From Ruminococcus sp. (GTDB lineage: Bacteria; Bacillota; Clostridia; Oscillospirales; Acutalibacteraceae): a stretch of 64,000 nucleotides of DNA. Made by a program: the position numbers and the translations under genes. Location: contig JAZQIX010000014.1 in assembly GCA_045541275.1 (NCBI GenBank), forward strand, positions 32,877-96,876, read 5' to 3'. This document shows positions 9,406-18,560 of the stretch, in pieces (the first letter of the stretch is position 1; every line of letters begins with the position of its first letter). The notes below the pieces were generated by a model. It had not been told where the DNA came from, did not search any database, and worked only from the letters and a program-made list of their open reading frames with translations.

Positions 9406-10272
9406 TTACTCAAGGTCTTTAAGCTCTGCAAGCTCTTTTTTATCTACACGGATGGCACCGTCCTTGATAATTTTAACTTCCTTAACCTTAAAGGACTGGG
9501 GTGCCGCCTCAGGTGGAGTGTTGTCCATCTTAACTTTCAGCATACCTGTAAGGAGGCTCACCTCAACAACTGTACCCTTGCCCTGAGGAGTCTTAACAAT
9601 TGCTCCGTACTTAGGTGTATTCCTGAGCAAGTCAGTATATGCATCCTGCTCGTATTTAAGACAACACATAAGTCTGCCGCATGTGCCTGAAATCTTCACA
9701 GGAGAAAGGGACAGTCCCTGCTCCTTAGCCATTTTAATGGAAACAGGTGCAAACTCTCCCATAAAGCTTGAACAACAGAACTGCTTACCGCAAACGCCGA
9801 GTCCTCCCAGCATCTTTGCCTCATCACGGACACCGATCTGTCTAAGTTCTATTCTTGTTTTGAACACAGATGCCAGATCTTTTACCAGTGCTCTGAAATC
9901 AACTCTGCCGTCAGCAGTAAAGTAAAACAGCACCTTGCTTCCGTCAAAGGTATACTCCACGTTTACAAGCTTCATTTCAAGCCCGTGTTGTTCTATCTTT
10001 TTCATGGCAATATCAAAAGCCTTCTTCTCAAGTGCTTTGTTGTTTTCAAGCTTCTTAAGGTCATCTTCTGTTGCCTTTCGGATAATGTTTTTGAGTGGAT
10101 GCACAATCTCCTCATCAGAGACAACCTTGTTGCCTGCGGCAATCACACCGCACTCAACGCCTCTGGCTGTTTCAACTATAACCCTGTCTCCAATAGAAAA
10201 CTGCTCCTCGCCAGGTGCAAAATAATATATCTTGCCCACTTCTTTGAAGCGGACACCTACTACATCTGCCAT
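9406..10272 (-). CDS. ricT: PSP1-domain protein RicT/YaaT (stage 0 sporulation-associated)
   Basis: MADVVGVRFKEVGKIYYF... with the Cys-rich segment CGKQFCCSSF...GTCGRLMCCLKYE typical of YaaT. Start trimmed to the ATG at 10272. Confidence 0.8.
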   Translation of the reverse strand: MADVVGVRFKEVGKIYYFAPGEEQFSIGDRVIVETARGVECGVIAAGNKVVSDEEIVHPLKNIIRKATEDDLKKLENNKALEKKAFDIAMKKIEQHGLEMKLVNVEYTFDGSKVLFYFTADGRVDFRALVKDLASVFKTRIELRQIGVRDEAKMLGGLGVCGKQFCCSSFMGEFAPVSIKMAKEQGLSLSPVKISGTCGRLMCCLKYEQDAYTDLLRNTPKYGAIVKTPQGKGTVVEVSLLTGMLKVKMDNTPPEAAPQSFKVKEVKIIKDGAIRVDKKELAELKDLE

Positions 10273-11126
10273 GATATCCTCCTGTATTCTCCGCAAAGCC
10301 AGGTTGAAAGAAGCACCGGGCTAACATTGCGGTTTGTTTTATTTATGGCGTCACTTGTAACATCAATGAGCCTTATTATCTTATTCTTTGTAAGTCTCTG
10401 CCGAAGTTTTGAGGCAAGCTCTTCATCAAACAAAGCCTTAGCCCCTACAGATATACTCAGTGCATCGCACAGAACTGTCCTTATAACAGGCAGTATCTCC
10501 AGAGATTTCTGTCTGGTACTAAGAAGGCTTGTGGCTTTTAAAAGGTTCAGCTCGCTTGAATCTATAATTCCAAGGAGAATAGCCTTTGCCGCCTCTTTTG
10601 TTTCTTCAGACAGTTCCCTTAGTGACTCCAGAGTAAGACAAGTACAACGGGAAAGTATGGTCTGAGGTACAGCCTTTACATTTTCCGCCGTCAGTATAAA
10701 GAGTATGTCCTGCATAGGCTCTTCCAGAGTCTTCAGAAATGCGTTCATAGACTCGTTGCCCATACGCTTGTCAGCGTCTTTGAGCACATACACCTTTTTG
10801 TATGCCTCGTGAGGCATAATGGCTGTGTCTCTGGTGATATTTCTTATCTCTTCTACAGAAATAATATCCGTCTTTCCTGAGCCTTTGGCAAAGTATATAT
10901 CAATATGATTTTTACCCTCCGCCTTGTGGCACTGAGGACACTCACCGCAGGGACGTTCACTGTCTGCAGTACACACACACCACTTGCACAGAAAATCCGC
11001 AAAAGCACTGCGTGTACTCTCGCTGCCTCCTGTGATTATAAGGGCGTGGGGCATTCTGTGGCTTTTCTCCATAGCTTCAAGCTGATTTTTAAGTCCTTCT
11101 CCTAAATCCAATCCGAGAAAATTCAC
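10260..11126 (-). CDS. holB: DNA polymerase III subunit delta'
   Basis: HALIITGGSES..., zinc module CGECPQCHK, TAENVKAVPQTILSRC (SRC motif). Conserved position upstream of ricT. Confidence 0.8.
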   Translation of the reverse strand: MNFLGLDLGEGLKNQLEAMEKSHRMPHALIITGGSESTRSAFADFLCKWCVCTADSERPCGECPQCHKAEGKNHIDIYFAKGSGKTDIISVEEIRNITRDTAIMPHEAYKKVYVLKDADKRMGNESMNAFLKTLEEPMQDILFILTAENVKAVPQTILSRCTCLTLESLRELSEETKEAAKAILLGIIDSSELNLLKATSLLSTRQKSLEILPVIRTVLCDALSISVGAKALFDEELASKLRQRLTKNKIIRLIDVTSDAINKTNRNVSPVLLSTWLCGEYRRISWQM

Positions 11127-11185
11127 AGTACCTCACCTCGCCTTTTGATTGTATCATAAAACATTTAATTTTTCCACAGAAAAAA

Positions 11186-11656
11186 TTATCTTGTAATTTT
11201 CACAACATTTGTCAATACCCCTGCAGGAGTAATATCAATAAGCCCGTAGGAGCCTTCATATCCCATAATACTGCCTGGGTTAAAGAGGTAAATTCCCTCG
11301 TCATAAATTTCCAAAGCCTGATGTGTATGTCCAAAAACGGCGATATCTGCCTCAGCCTCTCTACAAGCACAAGAAAGGTTATACAATCCGCTCTTTACGT
11401 TGTAAAGATGCCCGTGCGTAATAAACAACTTCTTACCCTCAAGGGTGATTGTTTCTATGTTGGGATTTTCTGTACAGAAATCGCAGTTACCTCTCACTGC
11501 AATTATCGCTCTGTCTGTAAACTCTCTTTTGATTTCTTCAATATCAGAAGCACCGTCACCGCAGAAAATTATAACCTCGGCGTCACTGTGTTTCATAACC
11601 GCACGCCTCATACTCTCATACATTCCGTGGGAGTCTGACATAACTAAAATTCGCAT
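11186..11656 (-). CDS. YfcE/MJ0936-family metallophosphoesterase
   Basis: MRILVMSDSHG, CGDG, GNCD, THGH and GHTH motifs. Confidence 0.8.
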   Translation of the reverse strand: MRILVMSDSHGMYESMRRAVMKHSDAEVIIFCGDGASDIEEIKREFTDRAIIAVRGNCDFCTENPNIETITLEGKKLFITHGHLYNVKSGLYNLSCACREAEADIAVFGHTHQALEIYDEGIYLFNPGSIMGYEGSYGLIDITPAGVLTNVVKITR

Positions 11657-11715
11657 AATCGCCTTTCTGTCATAATATATAAATGACTTTCATAATATAA
11701 AGCGAGGTGTTATCT

Positions 11716-11949
11716 ATGGAAAACAAGCAGAACGAATTTCTCTCTATGCTTTCAGGGAAATTAGGCAAATCTCCTGAGGAGATAAAGAAAAGTGCACAGA
11801 GCGGAAACCTTGATTATCTTACAAGCAATCTGTCCTCTGAACAGCAGAGCAAGGTGAAAGCAATTCTGTCAGACCCCAATGAGACAAAAAGAATAATGGA
11901 AAATCCTCAGGTGCAAGCCCTCATACGGATGCTGAACTCAAATGGATAA
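11716..11949 (+). CDS. small hypothetical protein (77 aa)
   Basis: ATG at 11716 behind a GAGGTG RBS. First of three tightly packed small genes. Confidence 0.5.
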   Translation: MENKQNEFLSMLSGKLGKSPEEIKKSAQSGNLDYLTSNLSSEQQSKVKAILSDPNETKRIMENPQVQALIRMLNSNG

Positions 11950-12379
11950 TCTGCAGGATATTTTTTCATCTGTTCTGTCAAATCCTGAAGCTGTCAGCAA
12001 ACTTCGCTCCTTAGGCAAGGAACTGGGACTAAGCACCGGCACAGATAACACATCAAAGGAAAACACAAAAGCTGTACAAACAGGCAACCCACCCTTTGAT
12101 ATATCAGCTTTATCTTCTCTCTTATCATCTAAGGAAAGCACCCCACAGCCTGTATCCTCATCTGGTTTAGGTTCTTCCCTGTCGCCTGATTCATTAAGCA
12201 GTATTACAAAATTGATGCCTCTGCTGTCAAGCCTGAACAGCGAGGACGAAACCACCGTACTACTCAATTCTCTGCGACCCTTTTTGTCAGGAGAGAAACG
12301 CCGCCGTCTTGAGGATGCAGGCAAAATTCTGAGAGTAATGCGAATACTGCCTAAACTCAAGAACACTGGTATATTCTAA
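11942..12379 (+). CDS. hypothetical Ser/Leu-rich protein (145 aa)
   Basis: Overlaps the previous gene by 8 nt, which suggests translational coupling. No family recognised. Confidence 0.5.
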   Translation: MDNLQDIFSSVLSNPEAVSKLRSLGKELGLSTGTDNTSKENTKAVQTGNPPFDISALSSLLSSKESTPQPVSSSGLGSSLSPDSLSSITKLMPLLSSLNSEDETTVLLNSLRPFLSGEKRRRLEDAGKILRVMRILPKLKNTGIF

Positions 12380-12392
12380 GGAGGTACAGCAG

Positions 12393-12746
12393 GTGGACTC
12401 AATCGAATACGAAGCTTTGAGACGTGCTCAGGAAATGCAGAGAGGTCAAAACCAAAACCGCAGTCAAAGACACAATCAGAGCCAAGGTGAAAACCAGACC
12501 CACAATCCCCAAAAAAGAGAACCAGAACATTCTCCCAAGCCTGCACAAAAATCTGCTGACAATCCTCAGACACAAGGATATTCTCCTTTGCAATCTCAGC
12601 CTGTTCAAACTCAAAACAGCGATTTACTGGGGACTCTCTTTGAGGACAAAGAAAGGCTACTAATCCTTGCCCTCATACTGATACTCTCAGGAGAGGACTC
12701 AGGGGATCCTGCCCTGATTTTAGCACTTCTGTATCTTATAATTTAA
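12393..12746 (+). CDS. hypothetical Gln/Asn/Pro-rich protein with C-terminal hydrophobic helices (117 aa)
   Basis: GTG start 8 nt after an AAGGAGG RBS. Low-complexity QNQ-rich N-terminal half and an LLILALILILSG...ALILALLYLII tail. Confidence 0.5.
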   Translation: MDSIEYEALRRAQEMQRGQNQNRSQRHNQSQGENQTHNPQKREPEHSPKPAQKSADNPQTQGYSPLQSQPVQTQNSDLLGTLFEDKERLLILALILILSGEDSGDPALILALLYLII

Positions 12747-12757
12747 CATCCAAATGC

Positions 12758-14005
12758 TCAGACTCTTACCTGACCATTGCCTTTGATAATAAACTTCATG
12801 CTGGTGAGCTCGTTAATACCCATCGGGCCTCTGGCATGGAGTTTTTGTGTTGAAATACCAATTTCGGCACCCAAACCGAACTCTCCGCCGTCAGTAAAAC
12901 GGGTGGAGGCATTTACATAAACTGCCGCAGAGTCTACCTCTTTTGTAAACTTGTTGGCATTATTATAATTCTCTGTAACAATACATTCACTGTGGCCTGT
13001 AGAGTGCTTAGCAATATGAGCAATTGCATCATCAATAGAATCCACAACCTTAACAGCAAGGATGTAATCGTGATACTCTGTGTAGTAATCCTCATCAGTT
13101 GCAGGCACAACACTATCACCAAGAATAGCCTGTGTCTTTTCACAACCACGGATTTCTACGTTCATCTTGTCAAGCTCAGCCTTCATTGAGGGCAGTGCTG
13201 TATCGGCAATGTTCTTATGTACAAGTACGGTCTCAATGGCATTGCACACAGAGGGACGGGAGGTCTTTGCATTGAAAACAATCTCTGATGCCATCTGTAC
13301 ATCTGCAAACTCATCAATATAAACGTGGCAGTTACCTGCACCTGTTTCAATCACAGGCACCTTTGCATTCTCAACAGTAGCCTTTATAAGTCCTGCACCA
13401 CCTCTGGGAATAAGCACATCAAGGTAGTCTGTAAGACCCATAAGCTCAATACTGCTCTGACGTGTTGTATCCTCTACAAGCTGAATTGAGTCTGCTGGTA
13501 TTCCCGCTTTCTCCACAGCTTCACGCATAACCTTTGCCACTGCCATATTGGAGTTAATTGCTTCTTTACCGCCTCTGAGAATTACAGCGTTACCTGACTT
13601 CAGACACAGAGCAGCTGCATCAGCAGTAACATTGGGACGAGCCTCATAAATAATACCGATAACTCCCAAAGGAACTCTCACCTTTGTAACTTCAAGTCCA
13701 TTGGGCAGTGTATTGCCTGAAAGCACCGTGCCTACAGGGTCTGGGAAGGCTGCTACCTGACGTGCACCCTGTGCCATAGAGGTTACACGTGAAGAATTCA
13801 ATGCAAGTCTGTCAAGAAGTGCATCGCTCATTCCGTTTGCTCTTCCTGCTTCTAAATCCTTTTCGTTTTCACTAAGTATATAGTCACAATTTGCTTCAAG
13901 TGCATCAGCTAAAGCAAAGAGAGCTTTTGTCTTTTCGTCACTTTTTGCACAGGAAAGCACACGGGAGGCTTCCTTTGCTCTTTTTCCCATCTCTGTCATA
14001 GTCAT
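12758..14005 (-). CDS. proA: glutamate-5-semialdehyde dehydrogenase
   Basis: Full-length similarity to ProA (IYEARPNVT, CNAIETVLVH, HSTGHSE). Confidence 0.9.
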   Translation of the reverse strand: MTMTEMGKRAKEASRVLSCAKSDEKTKALFALADALEANCDYILSENEKDLEAGRANGMSDALLDRLALNSSRVTSMAQGARQVAAFPDPVGTVLSGNTLPNGLEVTKVRVPLGVIGIIYEARPNVTADAAALCLKSGNAVILRGGKEAINSNMAVAKVMREAVEKAGIPADSIQLVEDTTRQSSIELMGLTDYLDVLIPRGGAGLIKATVENAKVPVIETGAGNCHVYIDEFADVQMASEIVFNAKTSRPSVCNAIETVLVHKNIADTALPSMKAELDKMNVEIRGCEKTQAILGDSVVPATDEDYYTEYHDYILAVKVVDSIDDAIAHIAKHSTGHSECIVTENYNNANKFTKEVDSAAVYVNASTRFTDGGEFGLGAEIGISTQKLHARGPMGINELTSMKFIIKGNGQVRV

Positions 14006-14044
14006 AATATGTAATCTCCTTTAGTAAAAAAAATCTAAGAAAAA

Positions 14045-14827
14045 TCAGTTTTTGCAGAAAAGCGTACCCACAGATTTGCCGTCTGTTACATCATAAATAC
14101 GCTGTGGGTCGTCACCGCATACAACATAGCAGTCAATTCCTGCCGTAGTCACATACTTAGCCGCCTGAAGTTTGGTGGTCATACCGCCTGTACCGCGGTT
14201 AGAACCTGAGCCTCCTGCCATATTCTCAATTTCCTCAGTAATCTTTTCAACTCTTTCAATACGTTTTGCATCCTTGTTATTTCTGGGGTCTGAGTCGTAA
14301 AGTCCGTCTATGTCTGTAAGAATCACAAGAGCATCTGCAGACACAAGCTTTGCAACAATAGCAGAAAGCATATCGTTGTCGCCGAAGTTATGTCCCTCCA
14401 GCTCATCAATAGCAACTGTGTCGTTTTCGTTTACAATGGGGATAATGCCCATAGAAAGCAGGGTATTGAAAGTATTGAGCACATTCTGCTTTCTGTGCTC
14501 AGAGTCCACCGCATCACGGGTGAGGAGCACCTGTGCCACCATATTGTTGTATTCACCGAAAAGCTTGTCGTACATAAACATCAGCTCACACTGGCCAATA
14601 GCAGCAAGTGCCTGTTTTTCAGGGGTGGAGTCAGGTTTTTTTGCAAGCCCCATCTTACCCATACCAACTCCTATAGCACCTGAAGAAACAAGAATAATTT
14701 CTCTGCCCTGATTGTGCAAATCAGACAACACCTTGCACAGCTTGTCAATTCTTCTGAGGTTAGCTTTTCCGTTTTCATATGTAAGGGTGGAAGTACCCAC
14801 CTTGACAACAAATCTCTTAAGGTTCAC
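14045..14827 (-). CDS. proB: glutamate 5-kinase (short form without PUA domain)
   Basis: VVKVGTSTLT, ILVSSGAIG, NENDTV and GGMTTKL motifs. Adjacent to proA. Confidence 0.9.
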   Translation of the reverse strand: MNLKRFVVKVGTSTLTYENGKANLRRIDKLCKVLSDLHNQGREIILVSSGAIGVGMGKMGLAKKPDSTPEKQALAAIGQCELMFMYDKLFGEYNNMVAQVLLTRDAVDSEHRKQNVLNTFNTLLSMGIIPIVNENDTVAIDELEGHNFGDNDMLSAIVAKLVSADALVILTDIDGLYDSDPRNNKDAKRIERVEKITEEIENMAGGSGSNRGTGGMTTKLQAAKYVTTAGIDCYVVCGDDPQRIYDVTDGKSVGTLFCKN

Positions 14828-14970
14828 TTAATACATCCCCTAATAAAAATATAATCAAGTAATTATACCATAAGCACACAGTACACATCAAGTATTTTGC
14901 ACAAAAAAGCTCCCTCAACGAGGAAGCTGTGTTTGTCATAGTCAATATTTATAAGCAAATTGAAGCTGTC

Positions 14971-15810
14971 TTATGCGTACTCTTTGCAGAAATCCGCAAG
15001 ACAAAGTTCAAACTTAACGCCGTACCAGTGATTTTCTTTATCATCCATTGTAGCCTTGATGCACTTAACGGTAAAATCCGTAGCAATCTGCGCCGCTTTC
15101 TCAAAGCTATATCCCTTAGTATAAGACGCGACAAAGGAACTTGCCCACACATCTCCTGTGCCGTGGAACATACTCTCAATCCGCTCTCCCTGATAGTAAG
15201 TGTACTCACCTGTAAGTGAATCATAGCAGGCAACTCCCAACCGTTTCTCGTCAAAGCTGACCCCTGTGAGTATTATCTTCTTTGCACCTAAAGCTGCAAG
15301 CTCGCACAAAAGCTCCTTTATGTATTCTTCGCTGTAGCCTTCTCCCACATATTGTCTGCCTGTGAGAAAAGAAGCTTCTGTCAGATTAGGTGTGATAATA
15401 TCCGCTCTTGCACAGAGCTTTCTCATTTCCTTAGGAAACTCCTCTGTAAAATTTGTGTACAGCCTGCCCCCGTCTCCAAGCACAGGGTCAATTATAACTG
15501 CCGTATTCTCACCCTTGAAGCGGTCAATAAAATTCTCCACAAGCTCAATCTGCTCCAAAGAACCTAAGTAACCTGAGTAGATGGTGTCAAACTTCTCTCC
15601 CCGAGTCTGCCAGTGGTCGGAAATAGGCTTAATCTGGTGAGTTAAATCACAAAAAGTAAAGCCCTCAAAGGCAGTATGAGCTGACAGCAGTGCCGTGGGC
15701 AGTACCGCACACTCTATACCGAGTGAGGATATTATAGGCAGTGCCACTGTAAGAGAACACTTGCCTATGCAGGATATATCGTTAATTGCAACTGCTCGTT
15801 TCAATTTCAT
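14971..15810 (-). CDS. pdxK: pyridoxal/pyridoxamine kinase (ribokinase superfamily)
   Basis: AINDISCIGKCSLTVALPI, SGYLGS, DPVLGD and HGTGD motifs. Start trimmed to the ATG at 15810 (MKLKR). Confidence 0.75.
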   Translation of the reverse strand: MKLKRAVAINDISCIGKCSLTVALPIISSLGIECAVLPTALLSAHTAFEGFTFCDLTHQIKPISDHWQTRGEKFDTIYSGYLGSLEQIELVENFIDRFKGENTAVIIDPVLGDGGRLYTNFTEEFPKEMRKLCARADIITPNLTEASFLTGRQYVGEGYSEEYIKELLCELAALGAKKIILTGVSFDEKRLGVACYDSLTGEYTYYQGERIESMFHGTGDVWASSFVASYTKGYSFEKAAQIATDFTVKCIKATMDDKENHWYGVKFELCLADFCKEYA

Positions 15811-15994
15811 AAAAAATTCACCACTTTTCCCGAAATAACACATAAAGATTATAGCACACAGACGGATAATTTCAACCTTAAATGTTTACAAATAAACAAG
15901 GATATATTATAATTTTATTATTAATGTCCATTTACCGAGGAATAAATCACCTCATATGCAAATCAAACATTAACTCTACCTAAGCGAGGTAATT

Positions 15995-17245
15995 ATGGAA
16001 CTTATAGAAACCACTGAAAAAACAGACAGAGCCCTCCTTGTATCCGTTGACACAGGTAACTTTGACGCAGAGAGTTCACTCTCAGAACTGTTTGAGCTTG
16101 TAGAGTCTGCAGGTGCAGAGCCTGTTGCCTCCATAAGCCAGAAGTTAGAGCGTCCGGACACAGCCACCTGCGTAGGAAGCGGAAAGCTCATTGAAATAAA
16201 AGAATACTGCGAAGCAGAAGAAATCGACCTTATTATTTTTGACTGTGAGCTAACCCCTACCCAGATACGTAACATTGAGAAGGAGACTGATGTCAGAGTA
16301 GTAGACCGCACCACCCTTATTCTTGATATCTTCTCTCAGCGTGCCAGATCAAAAGAAGGTAAGCTACAAGTAGAGCTTGCACAGCTTAAATACTCCCTGC
16401 CCCGCCTTACCGGTAAGGGTATAGCCCTGTCCCGTCTTGGCGGCGGTATCGGCACCAGAGGTCCAGGTGAAACAAAGCTTGAAACCGACAAACGCCACAT
16501 CAGACGCCGTATGGAAACCGTCAAAGCTCAGCTTAAAGACGTTGAAAGCCATAGAGCAGAGCTGAGAAGAAGACGTGAAAAGAACTCAGTTATAACAGTT
16601 GCAATAGTAGGCTACACCAACGCAGGCAAATCCACACTGATGAATTATCTCACTGAAGCAGGAGTGCTTGCGGAAGATAAACTCTTCGCAACCCTTGACC
16701 CAACCTCACGCTCACTTAAGCTTCCTGAGGGAGTCACCGTTATGCTCATTGACACAGTAGGATTTGTAAGACGCCTTCCCCATCACCTTGTAGAAGCCTT
16801 CAAATCCACTCTGGAAGAAGCCGCTCAGGCAGATATTATCCTCAACGTCTGTGACATAAGCTCAGAGGAAGCTCAGCTTCATCTGAGTGTTACCCGAGAC
16901 CTTTTAAAGGAGCTTGGTTGCGGAGACACACCTATTATCAACGTGTTGAACAAATGTGATCTGCTTACAGAGAGATTAGAGGAAATTGACCTGGGCACCA
17001 GTGTGCGTATTAGTGCAAAAACAGGAGAAGGTATAGACAAGCTCCTGAGGGCTATTGAAGAAAACCTACCTGTAAGAGTTAAAAAAGTAAAAATCCTTGT
17101 GCCCTTTGCAGACGCAGGACTTATTGCGGAAATCCGCAAGACTGCTACTTTAATCAGCGAAGAATACACCGCTCAGGGGATTCTTGCGCAAGCTATAATT
17201 GACGAGAAATTCTGGCACAGAGTCCGCGATTATGTTCAGGAATAA
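15995..17245 (+). CDS. hflX: GTPase HflX
   Basis: HflX N-terminal domain, then G-domain motifs GYTNAGKST, DTVGF and NKCD. Confidence 0.9.
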   Translation: MELIETTEKTDRALLVSVDTGNFDAESSLSELFELVESAGAEPVASISQKLERPDTATCVGSGKLIEIKEYCEAEEIDLIIFDCELTPTQIRNIEKETDVRVVDRTTLILDIFSQRARSKEGKLQVELAQLKYSLPRLTGKGIALSRLGGGIGTRGPGETKLETDKRHIRRRMETVKAQLKDVESHRAELRRRREKNSVITVAIVGYTNAGKSTLMNYLTEAGVLAEDKLFATLDPTSRSLKLPEGVTVMLIDTVGFVRRLPHHLVEAFKSTLEEAAQADIILNVCDISSEEAQLHLSVTRDLLKELGCGDTPIINVLNKCDLLTERLEEIDLGTSVRISAKTGEGIDKLLRAIEENLPVRVKKVKILVPFADAGLIAEIRKTATLISEEYTAQGILAQAIIDEKFWHRVRDYVQE

Positions 17246-17264
17246 GTGCACAGGGAGTAAAATT

Positions 17265-17453
17265 ATGAACATTAAAGTCGGAGATATTTTAGAGATGAAA
17301 AAGTCCCACCCCTGCGGAAGCAAAACCTTTCTTGTTACCCGTGTGGGAATGGACTTCAAGATGGTTTGTCAGGGCTGTGAGCATCAGGTAATGCTTCCCC
17401 GCTCAAAGGTTGAAAAGAACATCAAAAAAGTAATCAGTGCAGACAATGCCTGA
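17265..17453 (+). CDS. DUF951-family small protein (62 aa)
   Basis: MNIKVGDILEMKKSHPCGSKTFLVTRVGMDFKMVCQGCEHQVMLPRSKVEK with a CxxC/HPCG zinc-ribbon-like pattern. ATG at 17265 after GGGAG. Confidence 0.6.
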   Translation: MNIKVGDILEMKKSHPCGSKTFLVTRVGMDFKMVCQGCEHQVMLPRSKVEKNIKKVISADNA

Positions 17454-17476
17454 TTACTGCCAAAGGATTTGATATC

Positions 17477-18550
17477 TTGTTTGATAAAATCGAAGTATTT
17501 GTGAAACGTTATGAAGAGCTGAGTAAAATGCTCTACGACCCCTCTGTTGCCTGCGACAACGAGCGGTATACCGCTATTATGAAAGAGCTTCATAGCATAG
17601 AGCCTGTTGTGCTCACATATAAAGAATATAAAACAGCCAAAGAAACTGTAGATGACTCCCTTGCAATCCTCTCTGACCCTGAGTCTGACGAGGAGCTTAA
17701 GGCTATGGCACAAGAAGAGCTGAGCCAAGCCAAAGAGGACATTGTAAACCTTGAGGGAGAGCTAAAAATCCTACTGCTTCCCAAAGACCCTAACGATGAC
17801 AAGAATGTTATTGTTGAGATACGTGCAGGTGCAGGCGGTGAGGAAGCCGCTCTGTTCTGCTCAGTGCTCTACCGAATGTACTCAATGTATGCAGATGCAA
17901 GGGGCTACTCCACTGATACCATCAACATATCTGAAACAGGCCTTGGAGGTATCAAAGAAGTTTCCTTTATGATAGAAGGTATGGGTGCATATTCAAGGCT
18001 CAAGTTTGAAAGCGGTGTGCACCGTGTACAAAGAGTACCGGAGACTGAGTCGGGAGGCAGAATCCACACCTCCACCGTCACTGTTGCAGTCCTGCCCGAA
18101 GCAGAGGATGTAGAAATTGACATAAACCCCAATGACCTGAAGATAGACACCTTCCGTGCCTCAGGTGCAGGGGGGCAGCACATCAACAAAACCTCCAGTG
18201 CAATCCGTATTACCCATCTGCCTACAGGCACTGTGGTGGAGTGTCAGGATGAGCGAAGCCAATACAAAAACAAGGACAAAGCTATGAAGGTGCTCAAATC
18301 CCGACTTTTAAGCGAAAAACAGCAAGAGCAGTCGGGAGCTATTGCCGCTGAACGTAAATCTCAGGTCGGCACAGGTGACAGGTCTGAGCGAATCAGAACA
18401 TATAATTACCGCGAAAACCGAGTAACCGACCATCGAATCGGACTTACTCTTTACAGGCTGGACAGCATTCTGGAGGGCACTCTGGACGAGGTGATAGACC
18501 CCCTCATCACTGCCTACAGGGCAGAACAGCTCAAAGACCAAAACAACTAA
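17477..18550 (+). CDS. prfA: peptide chain release factor 1
   Basis: PET/PxT-type region and GGQ motif (RASGAGGQHINKTSSAIRITH). TTG start. Confidence 0.95.
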   Translation: MFDKIEVFVKRYEELSKMLYDPSVACDNERYTAIMKELHSIEPVVLTYKEYKTAKETVDDSLAILSDPESDEELKAMAQEELSQAKEDIVNLEGELKILLLPKDPNDDKNVIVEIRAGAGGEEAALFCSVLYRMYSMYADARGYSTDTINISETGLGGIKEVSFMIEGMGAYSRLKFESGVHRVQRVPETESGGRIHTSTVTVAVLPEAEDVEIDINPNDLKIDTFRASGAGGQHINKTSSAIRITHLPTGTVVECQDERSQYKNKDKAMKVLKSRLLSEKQQEQSGAIAAERKSQVGTGDRSERIRTYNYRENRVTDHRIGLTLYRLDSILEGTLDEVIDPLITAYRAEQLKDQNN

Positions 18551-18560
18551 GGAACTAATT

